DNA of 64,000 nt from an uncultured Planctomycetota bacterium (GCA_963845755.1 CAWJTV010000020.1:1-64000); one strand, 5' to 3'. Positions 34,134 to 47,167 are shown, numbered from the stretch's first letter. The notes: generated from the sequence alone by a model not told the origin. Numbers and translations are program-made.

Positions 34134-35040
34134 GAGTGCTCGGAAAAAATGAATCCACTGGCACGCTGTCTGCTCTTGAGTCCTTCGGAGAGTGATCTCC
34201 CGAACCGAAGGAGGACCACCATGAAACCCCTTGTCTCCGATGCGCTGTGGAAGCGCCGGAGCCCTTGCTGCCACCCCCGCCTCCGCGCCGCTTCCGCTTC
34301 CCGGGACGCAAACCCCTGGACTACCGCAAGATCCTCACCGGCATCTTGTTCGTGCTCAAGACCGGCATCGCCTGGGACGACTTGCCCGCCGACCTCGGCT
34401 GCGGCTGCGGCAAGACCTGCCGGTCCTACCTGCAGGCGTGGCAGCAGGCCGGTGTCTGGCGCCAGTTGCACGCCGTCTTGCTGGCCGAGCTGCAACGGCG
34501 CCGACGCGATCGACTGGGAGCGGGCGCTGATCGACGCCTCCTTCGCCAAGGCCCCGGAAGGGGGCGAGGATACCGGCCCGAATCCGACGGACCGGAGCAA
34601 ATCCGGCAGCAAGCACCACGTGATGACCGACGCCCAAGGCGTGCCGCTGGCGGCGACGGTGACCGCCGCCAACGTCCCCGAGATCACCCAGGTCTTCACG
34701 ACGCTCGACGACATGCCGCCGGTGGGCGGCAAGCCGGGGCCGAAGCGGCAGAAGCCCGACCGCTTGCAGGGGGATCGGGGCTACGACTCGGAACCGGTGC
34801 GGCAGGGTTTGCGCGGCCGGGGGACCACGCCGGTGCTGGCGGCCCGCAATACGGAGCACGGCAGCGGTTTGGGCAAGTCCCGCTGGTACGTAGAGCGGAC
34901 CATCGCGTGGCTGCACTCCTTCGGCCGGCTGCGCCGCCGTTTGGATCGGCTCACCGAGATTCAAGACGCGTTCCTCAAGTTAGCATGTTCCTTGATCTGT
35001 TTGAGGCTCCTGGGCCAGTGAACTATTTTTTCCGAGCGTT
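34134..35040 (+). mobile_element. IS5-family insertion sequence
   Basis: Imperfect IR GCTCGGAAAAAAT..CACTGGC at both ends; TA/TTA flanks. Confidence 0.9.
34221..35021 (+). CDS. IS5 transposase (frameshifted)
   Basis: LTGILFVLKTGIAWDDLP, GPNPTDRSKSGSKHH, GDRGYD, RWYVERTIAWL. Confidence 0.92.
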   Translation: MKPLVSDALWKRRSPCCHPRLRAASASRDANPWTTARSSPASCSCSRPASPGTTCPPTSAAAAARPAGPTCRRGSRPVSGASCTPSCWPSCNGADAIDWERALIDASFAKAPEGGEDTGPNPTDRSKSGSKHHVMTDAQGVPLAATVTAANVPEITQVFTTLDDMPPVGGKPGPKRQKPDRLQGDRGYDSEPVRQGLRGRGTTPVLAARNTEHGSGLGKSRWYVERTIAWLHSFGRLRRRLDRLTEIQDAFLKLACSLICLRLLGQ

Positions 35041-35146
35041 TACGACAACTTTCGGCATTTCAGGAGTTGGAGAGCGATGTTCAGCGACTCGTCAATGAGA
35101 GGCGATGGAATGAATGATCGTGTCGCAACTTGCCGCGGAGTGGTCC

Positions 35147-37126
35147 TCAAGGGTTGAATCGGTTGGGCGTTAACGGGCCGAGTGTCAGCCGCGACAGGAC
35201 CTCGCGCATCCGCTCGAGTCGGGGATGAGAGCTGGCGGAGGCAGCGATGTTGTGCTGTTCCCGCGGGTCCTCGCGCAGATGATATAGCTCCTCGAGCACC
35301 TCGCCCTCGCGGCGGATGTAGCTCCAGCCGCCCTCCGCCAGTGCGGCCAGGGGCCAGGGACGTCGGGACGGGTCCGGCGCGCGGCCATCGAGCGTCTCGT
35401 TGGGGACGAGCTCGGCCAGGGCGTCCTCCCCGGATCCGGCGTCGCCCGGCGGACGGGACGACGGGCGCCATAGCCGGGCCAGCGATGCGCCGGGGAAGGG
35501 CGAGTCGGCGCCCACGCCCGTGAGGTCGACGATCGTGGCGGCCAGGTTGCGGAGGCTGGCCGTCTCCGCGACGACCGGCTTGATCCGCGTCCCCGGCGGG
35601 GGGAGGACCACCAGCGGGACGTGCAACTCGGTCTGATACAAGCTCGACCCGTGGAGGTACACTCCGGCATGTTCCCCGAAGCTCTCGCCGTGGTCCGCGA
35701 CGAGGATGACCCAGGTCCGATCGAGGGCCTTGCGGCGCTCGAGCTCGTCGAAGAGCCGGCCGAGCTGTTCGTCGACCCACGCGACGCAATCGTCATAGGC
35801 GTCGAAGATGAACGCGAGATCCTGCGGCGCGAGCCGGCTCTTGTCCATGGTCCACCACTCCTGGATCAGTCGGAACTCGCGCTCGTCGCTGGGCTTGACG
35901 CCGAAGCGGTGGACCCGCCGCGGTGAGAGCTGGTAAGGCGTGTGGGCGTCGCAGTAATTCAGGAAGGCGAAGAACGGCCGCTCCGGTTGGGGGCGTTGCA
36001 CCAGCCAACCGAGGAACTCCCGGCTGACCACGTCGGCCTCCTTGCGGTCGGTCTCGAATCGCTCCCGGACGCGCCGGGCGCCGGCTTTCAGCCAGTCCAG
36101 CGCGAGAGTGTCGCCCAGTGCGTCCCCGATCGTCTGCAACCCCTCAAGAGACCTCCGGACCAACACCGACGTCCGGAAGGGCGAGAGCTCGTAGAAGATG
36201 TAGTCGCGATAGACGGTATAGCCGCGGCCCAACCCCGAGTCGGAGGCGCAATACGTCATGTTGGCGATGAAGCCCGCCGTGGCGTACCCTCGCGCACGCA
36301 GGAACTCGGCCACCGTCGGCGAGGCCGCGTCGAGCGGGGTCCGCCAGCCGACCGACAGCTCGTGAGGCCATCGCCCGGTGAACATGCTCGCGTGAGAGGG
36401 GAGTGTCCACGAGGACGCCGAAAGTGCGGCGTCGAACCGGCTGCCGCGCCGGGCCAGCTCCTCGATCGCCGGGCTGGTCGGGCGCCCGTAGCCATAGAGG
36501 GCGAGGTGATCGGCGGCGACGGTGTCCATCACGATCAGGAGGATGTTGGGGGCGCCCTGTGGGATCGGTCGCCCTCGCTCGCGCCTTTGCTGGAGCCGAT
36601 CGGTCGCCCAGGGGAACGCCGCTAGGGCCGCCAGCGTCACGGCAAGGATCGGAGCGCTGGAAAGGACGACGCGGCGGAATGTGGCACCGTACCGCTCCAG
36701 GATGGGGACCAGGCGGGCCGATACCCCCAGGGCCACGAACAGCCAGGCCAGACCGTAGACCCGCGGGAAGGCCACGAGGAGCATCGGCAGCAAGGTGAGG
36801 GCGCAGAGCATCCCCGCGACCGCCCAGCGACCACCTGCGGGCCGGAGGATCACGACCAGACATCCGGCCAGGCCGACGAGCAGGAGCAGCAGCAGGTCGG
36901 CCAGGGGGACCAGCCAGATGAAATGACGGGTCATGCCCAGCAGTTGGTTCGTGTCGAAGAACCGCTTGTGCACGACGACCGTCACGACCTCGAGCAGGCC
37001 CGCGACCGTCCCGCACCACGCCGCCAGGCCCAGGAGCGCGAGGGGACCGCGCCGGCCCGGGCGGTCATCCGCAGGCCCGGACTGGCCCGCGATCGCACCC
37101 CGGGATAATAATGAAGTCAGGATCAT
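35147..37126 (-). CDS. Membrane-anchored sulfatase-like (alkaline phosphatase superfamily) protein
   Basis: About 5 TM helices, NILLIVMDT, WTLPSHASMFTG, DAHTPY, ADHGE. Confidence 0.9.
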   Translation of the reverse strand: MILTSLLSRGAIAGQSGPADDRPGRRGPLALLGLAAWCGTVAGLLEVVTVVVHKRFFDTNQLLGMTRHFIWLVPLADLLLLLLVGLAGCLVVILRPAGGRWAVAGMLCALTLLPMLLVAFPRVYGLAWLFVALGVSARLVPILERYGATFRRVVLSSAPILAVTLAALAAFPWATDRLQQRRERGRPIPQGAPNILLIVMDTVAADHLALYGYGRPTSPAIEELARRGSRFDAALSASSWTLPSHASMFTGRWPHELSVGWRTPLDAASPTVAEFLRARGYATAGFIANMTYCASDSGLGRGYTVYRDYIFYELSPFRTSVLVRRSLEGLQTIGDALGDTLALDWLKAGARRVRERFETDRKEADVVSREFLGWLVQRPQPERPFFAFLNYCDAHTPYQLSPRRVHRFGVKPSDEREFRLIQEWWTMDKSRLAPQDLAFIFDAYDDCVAWVDEQLGRLFDELERRKALDRTWVILVADHGESFGEHAGVYLHGSSLYQTELHVPLVVLPPPGTRIKPVVAETASLRNLAATIVDLTGVGADSPFPGASLARLWRPSSRPPGDAGSGEDALAELVPNETLDGRAPDPSRRPWPLAALAEGGWSYIRREGEVLEELYHLREDPREQHNIAASASSHPRLERMREVLSRLTLGPLTPNRFNP

Positions 37127-37272
37127 CGGGAACGGGCTTCGCGAATCGGGGAGGCTCGTGAGGTCGCGGATCGCAGGGAGAGTTTCTCGGATCGATCCGA
37201 CGGCAGAGGTTTCATCATAGTGCCCGGCCGACGGCTCGATCAAGCGAAGGACCGGCATGGAAGGAACGGCGG

Positions 37273-38570
37273 ATGTGGCGGCGCAACGACCGATGGGCGG
37301 CAGTCGTCTTGCCGGCCATCGTCATCGGGGGGCTCTCCTGGTGCGGCTGGCGCTGGTGGGACGTGCGGCGATACCGGGACGCCATGGCGCGGATCGACGA
37401 CGCCATGCAGACCGGCCGGTACGGCACGGCCGCCCGCGACTTATCGGCCCTCCTGGCCCGGAGACCGCGATTCTGACCGAACTGCCTATCTGTTAGGCGT
37501 CTGCGAGAAGGCCCGCGGGCGGGCGCAGGAAGCGGACACGGCCTGGGCCCGGATTCCACCGGACTCTGCCTTGATCGGACAGGCGGTCACGGGCCGAATG
37601 GATCTGCTCATCGAACGCGGGTTGCTGGCCGACGCCGAGCGTGTCATCGAGAGTGCGGCCGATGCCCGCGGGCCCGACGGATCGGCCCTCCGGATGTTGC
37701 TGATCCCGACCTTGATGCAGGAAGGCCGGACGGCCCAGGCTGAGCGGCTGATCGAGTCGCGGTGGTGGAACCTGGATGCGAAGGGCGAAGGGGCGCACGA
37801 GCAGGCTATCAACCTGGCACGGCTGCATATGGAGCTCCGCTGGACAGTCCCGCCAGCGGACGCGGTCCGTGCGTACCTCGACCAGCTCGGCCGGCTCGCT
37901 CCCGACGACGACCGGATCTGGCTGGCACGAGCGAACCTGGCGATTCGCGTCGGCTCTCACGATGAGGCGGCGCGATTGGATCGACGCCTGCCTCCAGCGC
38001 CGCCCCGATGATCCATCCGTCTGGCGGGCGCGGCTGGACTGGGCGATGAGAACGAACCGGCTCGCCGACGCGCGGACCGCCCTGAAGCACCTTCCGGCCG
38101 AGCCGGCGACTCCCGCGGAGATCCACCGCCTGTCGGCCTGGTTGGCGGCGGCGTGCGGAGACCTCGAAAGCGAGCGCCGCGAGCTGGCCTCCCTCGTCGC
38201 CGAGGCCCCCGAGGACTTCGAGGCCCTGGGGCGCCTCGAGACGTTGGAGCTGCGGGAGGCGGCGAAGCGGTTGTCGCGGAGCTGCGGCGACGGAGGGCGG
38301 AGATCGAACGCGCCCAGGCGCGATATCGCGAGCTCTATCGGCGCAATCAGCCGGCCCGCGATGCCGAGGAGATGGCCCGATTGGCCGAACGGTTGGGCCG
38401 ATCCCTTCGAGGCGATGGTCTTCCTGACCGCCGCGATGGCCGACGAGCCGGACCGCGCCGACCTGCGAGAGGCCCTCCATCGCCTCCAGAAGGCCGCCCA
38501 CAAGCCGGACGACACGGGCCGAAGCTTGTTCGACAGGCTCCGGCTGACTGCGGCGAAAAGAGCCGCCGAG
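37273..38570 (+). CDS. TPR protein (multiple frameshifts; end uncertain)
   Basis: TM anchor; AYLLGVCE..RGR, APDDDRIWLARANLAIR, PDDPSVWRARLDWA. Confidence 0.7.
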
Positions 38571-38868
38571 GGAGTGGGCCCGGGGCATCTGCCGGATCGT
38601 CGGCTTCCCGCATCACCGAGCTTCGGTCCCCGCGCGGGTCTCCCTGTGACCGCGCCCTTCTTTGCGGCCTGGTCGGCCTCGCGCTTCGCGGCTTTTGGCC
38701 AGGCTTGTACTCCGCTTGCCTCGTACTCCTTTGCCTGGGGATGGGCCACTCGGGCTGAGCTCGAACGTCAGCCGGCTTCTCCGTGGCGCTGCTACTCCCG
38801 CCGCTGTCGCAGCCGCTAGCCGGAATCGAGAGCATCAGCGCGGCGAAGAGGAGAGCGAATCGCTTCAT
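38560..38868 (-). CDS. Small lipoprotein (end uncertain)
   Basis: MKRFALLFAALMLSIPASGC lipobox; GGAG RBS; lies directly downstream of the DUF1559 gene. Confidence 0.55.
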
Positions 38869-38970
38869 CAGAACTCCTTGGTCGAGTATGCGGGCAGGAA
38901 AACGACAAGCCCTGAATGATGGGCGGCCTGGCCTCGCCGGGGCGAGGCCGAGGCCGACCGTGGAGGGAAC

Positions 38971-40155
38971 TCAATACTGATCCGAACTGATGACCTCACC
39001 GAGGTTGCGGCTGCCGAGGGCCCACCAGGTATTCGGCGCGACGGAGTTCTTGATGAAATGAACCGAGCCATCGGCGAAAGCCACATTCACGCCGCCCGGG
39101 TGCAGGCTGCTGGGCGGGGCGCTGCCGATCGCGGTGACGTAGTAGCCCGCCCAGGGCGAGTTGTGGTCGGTGGTGTCGGAGGTATTCGTGCAGTTGATCT
39201 GGTTGGGCGTGCCGAAGTGATTGTACGACTGCCAGACCAGGTAGTCCGGGAAGGCCCCGGCCCACAGCTCGCCGTTGCCGCAGAACCGAATGCCCGTGGT
39301 CCCCGGCGCGTTGGCACACGACTGGTGCATTTGCAAGGCACCCACCGGTCCCGAGCCCTGGGCCGCCCCGATCGGGCTGTGGATCGCAGCAGCGGGTGGC
39401 ATCTTGCTGCCGGCGGCCGCGATGGTGCCCGGATACGGGTAGGGTATCCCCATCAATCGCTCGCTGACCAGTCCCGTGTTTGACGTGCCATCGGTGATCG
39501 AGGCGATCCGGACCGGGCCCCACGACGCTCCCGGGTACAGGTTGAGAGCCGTGGTGTGCTTGGGTTGGTCAGGTTGGGCGCCGTGCCGATCATCCAGTTA
39601 TTGGCAGGGATGATCGTCCCGCTCATCAGCGAGATCACGCCAGGGCCACCGTAGTTGCCCATGTAGTTGGTCCGGCCGGCATAGGGGTCCCGTGACGGAG
39701 ACGTCTGATACGTCGGCGTTATTCATCGATTTCCGATGGGCAGAGGAGGACGTTGAGACTCGATGCGGTCGCCGTCGAGTTGGCGTACGATCCAATCGCG
39801 GTGCCACCGACAATGTCGAGGCTGAAGTTGATGGCATTGAAGTGCGGCTGCGGCCTCGGTGAACTGGAGCACGCCGCAGATCCAGCTCGGGAGGATGTCG
39901 GACCTGGGCGGTCGGGCTCGCGTTTTGTGACTGCAACGGGAAGCACGAGTTGGTGCTCTCGTAGTTCATGCAGGCGAGAGCCAGTTGCTTGAGGTTGTTC
40001 GTGCACTGGATGCGCCGGGCCGCTTCGCGAGCGGCCTGGACGGCGGGCAAGAACAAGGCGATCAAGACGGCAATGATGGCAATGACCACGAGAAGCTCGA
40101 TCAGCGTGAACCCGCCCCGAACTACTCCGCGACGAAACCGATGACAACCGATCAT
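38971..40155 (-). CDS. DUF1559 prepilin-type protein (several frameshifts)
   Basis: [52 protein letters not shown]. Confidence 0.93.
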
Positions 40156-40627
40156 AGATAGCGACTCCCTTTCTCAGCAGGATCGACAGAACATGACAAT
40201 AAGAACGGAACTGTCCGAATTGAGAGTAGCCCCATCGGCGACCAATCGACTCTCAATTAGTTATGAGCGACAGCCTCATTCGGGTCGTCCACAATTTTTG
40301 TTGAGACAAATCCGTTTTGCGGCTGAGCGAAGCCCATGGATCGAATTGGGTTGGGAGGGATGCCCATCGATCGAGGGAGAATTCGGAGCATGGTCCTTCA
40401 AAGATGGAGGACGAAAGAATTCGTTCTCCGGCAGCCTTAGTTACCTTGTTGGAGAAGGTCGGTCTATGCGACCAAGGAGTGCTTCCCCACAATTCAAGAG
40501 GAGTCTACCATGTGGAACATCCTGCTTGCAAGCCTCGAAAACGTAATTCTTCGGGGAGAGGTGTCGATGCGCTCGGCGAACGACCCTGGCGATAGGGACG
40601 ACGAGCGGAGCCGACCGAGGTCGGATT

Positions 40628-41554
40628 TCATTGCAAGGCCGCCGCGGCTCCGACGATGTCGGCGAGCTCGCGGGTGATCTGGCTCTGGCGGGCGCGGTTG
40701 TATTGCCTCGTGAGCGACTTGACGAGGTCGTCGGCGTTCTTGGTGGCGCCGCCCATGGCCACCATCCGCGCGATCTGCTCGCTTACGGCGGCATCCAGGA
40801 AGCACTTGAACAAGCGGACCTTGAACGAGACCGGCACGATCTCCTCGAGGATGCTCCGCGGGTCGGGCAGGAACTCGTAGGGGACGGCCTCACTCCGTCG
40901 TGCGGGGGCCGCCGATTCCCCGGCCGCCGGTCTGGACTGGCGCACCGACGCGGTCGACTTGCCGATGTCGGCCGTGGCGATCGGCAGGAGGGTCTGCACC
41001 TGCGCCAGTTGCTTCGAGGACGAGATGAACTGCGTGTAGGCGACGTCCAGCCGGTCGATCGACCCCTGGACGTACAACTTGATGTACTTCTCGGCAAGGG
41101 CCTCGACTTCCTCGTATTGAGGACGGTCCTCGAACTGGGTGTACGTGGTGTCGGTCGGGACCCGCCGGAACCGGAAGAAATTGATCCCACGCTTGCCGGC
41201 GACTTCCAGCGTGGTCTCGGTCCCCTCGGTCTGGTTGTCGAGCAATCGGCTGTTGGCCGCCCTCAGCACGTTGCCATTATAGGCGCCGGCCAGTCCGCGA
41301 TTGCTCGTCAGGACCAGGAGCAACGACTTGCGGATCGGATCCCGGCGCACGAGCAAGGGGTGCGTGACTTCCCGCGACGTCTCGCCCAAGTCGGCGACCA
41401 GTTCGGCGATTTTCCGGGTGAACGCCTCGGCCTCGGTCGCGCGGTTTAAAGCCTTGCGGAACCGATTCGTGGCGATCAGCTCCATGGTCCGCGTGATCTT
41501 GCGGATGTTCTCGATCGACTTGCGCCGTTTGATGATCGCTCGGGCTTTGGCCAT
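40628..41554 (-). CDS. atpG: ATP synthase F1 gamma
   Basis: KITRTMELIA, SNRGLAGAYN, SEQIARMVAM, YNRARQSQITREL. Confidence 0.97.
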   Translation of the reverse strand: MAKARAIIKRRKSIENIRKITRTMELIATNRFRKALNRATEAEAFTRKIAELVADLGETSREVTHPLLVRRDPIRKSLLLVLTSNRGLAGAYNGNVLRAANSRLLDNQTEGTETTLEVAGKRGINFFRFRRVPTDTTYTQFEDRPQYEEVEALAEKYIKLYVQGSIDRLDVAYTQFISSSKQLAQVQTLLPIATADIGKSTASVRQSRPAAGESAAPARRSEAVPYEFLPDPRSILEEIVPVSFKVRLFKCFLDAAVSEQIARMVAMGGATKNADDLVKSLTRQYNRARQSQITRELADIVGAAAALQ

Positions 41555-41671
41555 TGGGTTTGCTCGCTATTTGCTCGCTATTGGCAAGTGACAAGTGGCA
41601 AGTGGCAACGTTAGCTGTTCTTACGCACTCGCGACAAACGCTTGCGACTTGCTCTTGTCACTTGCCGCTTG

Positions 41672-43336
<1,665 letters not shown>

Positions 43337-43930
43337 GCGTCTTTCCTTCGATCAGTCGATTGCGAAGCTGTGCGAGTCGGCTCTTGACCGACGCGTCGTA
43401 AAGGTGGTCACCAACCTGGACGACCAGGCCCCCGATCAGGCCGGGGTCGGTCAACAGGCTCAGGATCGGGGTGCCGTCGATCAGACTCGCGAGCCGGTCG
43501 CGGAGGGACTGCAACTGTCCGTCGTCGAGAGGGACGGCCGAGCGGACGCGGACCGGGATCCGGCGGTTGCGGCGGTCCCAGATGGACTGGGCCTCGCGGC
43601 GGATCGTCCCCAGCAGACCGAACCGGTCGTGACGATTGAGCACGCGCAGGAAACGCAGGACGAGGCTACTCGCGCGGCCGTCGAAGAGCTCGAACAGGAT
43701 GCGATCTTTCTCGGCCCTCGGCACCCGCGCCGAGGCCAGCACCTCGGCGAACCGCGGGAATGGCTTGAGGACTTCGTCCTCGATCTCGCCCAGCTCTTCG
43801 AGTATCGGGTCGACCGATCCCTCCTTCTGGGCCGCGTCGACCAGCGCCTCGGCATAGCGCCGGGCGACGGCGATGTTCTCATCGTGAAGGCCGAGTTCCT
43901 CGGGCGGAGGACCGGCGGCGTTCTCGGCGC

Positions 43931-44606
43931 TCATGCGGCATGCCCTCCGTGCCCGTTGGCCCCTGAGGCGGGCAGCTCCTTGATGGCCGCATCGAGCAGG
44001 CGGCGATGATCGTCCGGATTGAGCTGTTTGCCCAGCACGCGCCCGGCGATCGAGACGGCCAGGTCGGCCGACTTCTGCCAGATCTCGCCCAGGGCCTGAT
44101 CGCGGGCGGAGGCGATGTCGCGCTGTGCCCGCTGGCGGGCCGCCTCCGCCTCCTCCTGCGCCTGACGGACGATCTGATCGGACGCCGCCTGGGCGTCCTG
44201 CCGCGCCTTGTCCAGCAGGGCACGCACCTCATCCGCGGCACGGGTCATCTGCTTGCGGTGCTCGGCCAGCAGGCTCTCGCTCTCATTCCGCGCCCGCTCG
44301 GTGTCCTGGAGTACGCGCTCGAGATGGCTCTCCCGCTTCTGCAAGGCCGCGAGCAAGGGCGTCCAGGCGTACTTGCCCAGGACGAGCAGCAAACCGACGA
44401 AGACGACGAGCGTCCAGATCGTCAGGGTCGGCTCGGGCTTCAGAGGGTTGATCATCTCCTCGCCGGACCCGTGCTCGGCGGCCGTCGCGGCCGGTCCCTC
44501 GACGGCATGTGCCGGCTCCTGAGCCCCGGTGCTCCGCGGCGCCGGCAAAGACCAGAATCAGGGCCAGGCCCCCGATCGCAATTCCCAGGTTCAATCGCCG
44601 ATGCAT
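43931..44606 (-). CDS. atpF: ATP synthase Fo subunit b (frameshift near 44540)
   Basis: IWTLVVFVGLLLVLGKYAW.PL..L.KRE followed by coiled coil. Confidence 0.93.
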
Positions 44607-44778
44607 GGACGAATACCCCTGCTCCCAGAGAGAAACCACCCGACCTTCTCGAATCAATTTCAGGCGATCGGCGTCCGAGACCCTTCGCCAACGGCCGCCG
44701 GAAAACCGCCGGGCCGGTTGCTCCGGCCCGCGATCCGGCCGGCACCCCGGCGGACGATCCTCGAGTGCGACCCGTCGG

Positions 44779-45075
44779 TCACTTGAAGAAGATTTGCAAG
44801 AGGATGATGATGAGAGCAAGGAAGGTCACGCCCTCGATCAGCGCGGCGGCGAGGATCATGGCCGCGTTGATGTTGCCGGCGATCTCCGGCTGACGCGCCA
44901 TGCTCTCGACGGCCCCCTTGGCCAGGCTGCCGATACCGTAGGCCGCCCCGATGATGACCAGTCCGGCGCCGATTGCCTTGAGGTCCGAGAACGGCGCGCC
45001 CGTCTGGGCGTGCGCCGTACCATGGGTGACGAGGAAGAAGCTACCTGCCAACACGATGGACTTGATCCACTTCAT
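44779..45075 (-). CDS. atpE: ATP synthase Fo subunit c with signal-like leader
   Basis: GAGL..GAAYGIG, ARQPE, ALIEG. Confidence 0.95.
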   Translation of the reverse strand: MKWIKSIVLAGSFFLVTHGTAHAQTGAPFSDLKAIGAGLVIIGAAYGIGSLAKGAVESMARQPEIAGNINAAMILAAALIEGVTFLALIIILLQIFFK

Positions 45076-45200
45076 CGGAAACGCGACTCCTGTTTCGATT
45101 GCCGCTGGTTGAGAGGGAAGACCGCTCGAATCACCGCCTGCCCCGGGCGTCCGCCGGCCGGCCCCGCCGCCGGTGCGCGGCCGCGGCCGGTGTTCCTCCG

Positions 45201-46028
45201 CTAGTGAGGATGGACCGATAACCCGATGAACATGGCGGACAAAAAGGTGAAAATGTAGGCCTGTAGCACCGCGACGAACAGCTCCAGGAGGCTCAACAGC
45301 ACGACGCCGACGAGGCTGGTCGGCATCACCGCCCAGAACGCCCACGAGGCGTTGGCCATGAGGATGAAGCCGAGGATCACGGCGAGCACGACGTGCCCCG
45401 CGAACATGTTGGCGAAGAGCCGGATGCCCAGCACGATGTGTCGGATCAGGAGCCCGGAAACCTCGATGATGAACATCAGGCCCCACATGGCGTGTTTCAT
45501 CCACCACGGGACCTCCATGTGCGGGACCAGCCCTAGCCAGTAGCCCACGACCCCCATCTCCTTTATCCCGGCCCGCACGACCATGAAGAGCGTCATCAGG
45601 GCGAGGGCCGCGGTGACATTGACGTTCCCCGTCGCCGAGGCTCCCCCCGGGATCATGCCGAGCAGGTTGGCGAACAGGACGAAGAAGAAAACGGTCCAGA
45701 GATATGGCAAGAACCGGTCGGCGCCGTGGCCGCCGATGGCCGGCCGGGCCACCTCGTCCCGGATGAACAGGAGCATGGCCTCGAACATGTTCATGAACCA
45801 GCCGCGGCTGACGTGGCTCCGCGCGATGTGCCGAACCACCGGGATCAAGATCGCGATCATCAGAACCGCGGCGATGAGCTCCATCACCATGATTTTCGTG
45901 ATCTGGATCCCGAAAATCGGGTCGTGTCCCAGGTGGATCTTCAGTTCATAATGGGGCGGGAACCACGGAATCTCGATCGTGGGATGGTCGATGACGTGAT
46001 TCAGCGGGTTCTCAACGTGTCCAGCCAT
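45201..46028 (-). CDS. atpB: ATP synthase Fo subunit a
   Basis: NLLGMIP, RLFANMFAGH, LQAYIF. Confidence 0.96.
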   Translation of the reverse strand: MAGHVENPLNHVIDHPTIEIPWFPPHYELKIHLGHDPIFGIQITKIMVMELIAAVLMIAILIPVVRHIARSHVSRGWFMNMFEAMLLFIRDEVARPAIGGHGADRFLPYLWTVFFFVLFANLLGMIPGGASATGNVNVTAALALMTLFMVVRAGIKEMGVVGYWLGLVPHMEVPWWMKHAMWGLMFIIEVSGLLIRHIVLGIRLFANMFAGHVVLAVILGFILMANASWAFWAVMPTSLVGVVLLSLLELFVAVLQAYIFTFLSAMFIGLSVHPH

Positions 46029-46109
46029 GGTTGTCCAGGATCGTCTGACGCGACGAGGGCGGGCCGCGACGGGTCGTCGGGGCCGGATCTGGGTGTTGGT
46101 TCGTTCCCG

Positions 46110-46400
46110 TCAATTGGGCGGTGCTGGAGGTCCTTGGGGTCCCTGCCCTCGCGGTGGCCGGCTCTCCCGATCCCCCGATCCGCCGGCGAATTGCCGCGCC
46201 ATCCTCACCGCGTTTGACATCCCCGCGGCGAATCCCAGCACGGCCCCAGTGATCGTCGCCACCGGGATCGTGTGCAGCCAGGAATCCACGCCGTACCCGA
46301 CGACCGCCGGCAGCGCGAACATCAGCCCGATCGTCGTGACCCGCGACGCCCATTCCATCCCCAGGGCCAGTGAGGACCGCGACTCAGGCCGCTCGACCAC
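46110..46400 (-). CDS. AtpZ/AtpI family protein
   Basis: Two TM helices with GYGVDSWL; first gene of the atp operon. Confidence 0.8.
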   Translation of the reverse strand: MVERPESRSSLALGMEWASRVTTIGLMFALPAVVGYGVDSWLHTIPVATITGAVLGFAAGMSNAVRMARQFAGGSGDRESRPPRGQGPQGPPAPPN

Positions 46401-47167
46401 GCACGACTCCCACTTCCCGGATGCACTCGCTCGATCTCAGAGCACGCCGAGATCCCCACATCCGTCGGCCCAGACCATCGGTAGGTGAAACCCGGTTCTT
46501 TCGTCGAGGGAAGTCCAGGCAGGAGACCATCGAATGCGACCAGTCTACTGGGCAATTCCGCCGTGTCAACTCCTCAGCCTCCGATCGAGAAATTTTTCAC
46601 AAAGTCGGGCTGCCGGTTTTGTTAATCTTTGATTCAATGCTTTTTCAACGTCCTGAAATGACTCAGGACCGCCATTCTCCCCAACCTTCCACCCTCATCG
46701 CGATTGTCCGTTTTCGAACACAGGGGGGTGCGACGATTGACAGAACTCGGGCCGATATGGTATGTGGTAGCAACGCGAACGGAAAGGCAACGGGCTCAAC
46801 CTCAGACACGACGTTCCTCGACTTGTCCGGACCACCCAGTCAGGGGACTCGCCATGACGCCATGCTTGCGCGAACAGTCCCTTTCGAGACAGCCATCCCA
46901 GGCGGCTTCAAGCCCGAGTGACGGGCTTGAAAGCCGCCTTCGTTATTGTTGGATGCTGATCGTGGTGGCCGGGCCCCGACGCTGGGGGATTTCGTAGGCG
47001 TTGCGATCACCGGTCAAGCGGCTGCCTGGCGACGAGTCGCACCTTCCAGTCCGGGACGCATGGAGTTTTCCGGATCGGTCCACTCACGGATGATTCTCGT
47101 ATCAATGAACAACCATCTCTCGCAGAGACCGGCGAGGCGAAGCGAGGGGTGATCGGAGTGGTACCGT

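Larger units (their letters stand above)
33564..35117 (+). pseudogene. DUF4276-like protein interrupted by IS5 (33564-34133 + 35043-35117)
   Basis: LFVHRDAE, VVPVRMTEAWLL, DPKQLL. Removing the IS restores DFSPLRQLSAFQELESDVQRLV. Confidence 0.85.

Noticed and set aside
33564..35021. 485-aa DUF4276-transposase fusion protein
   Set aside because: Chance in-frame read-through across the IS5 left end.
40156..40620. AT-richer stretch as a gene or ncRNA
   Set aside because: No credible ORF or fold; most likely the DUF1559 promoter region.
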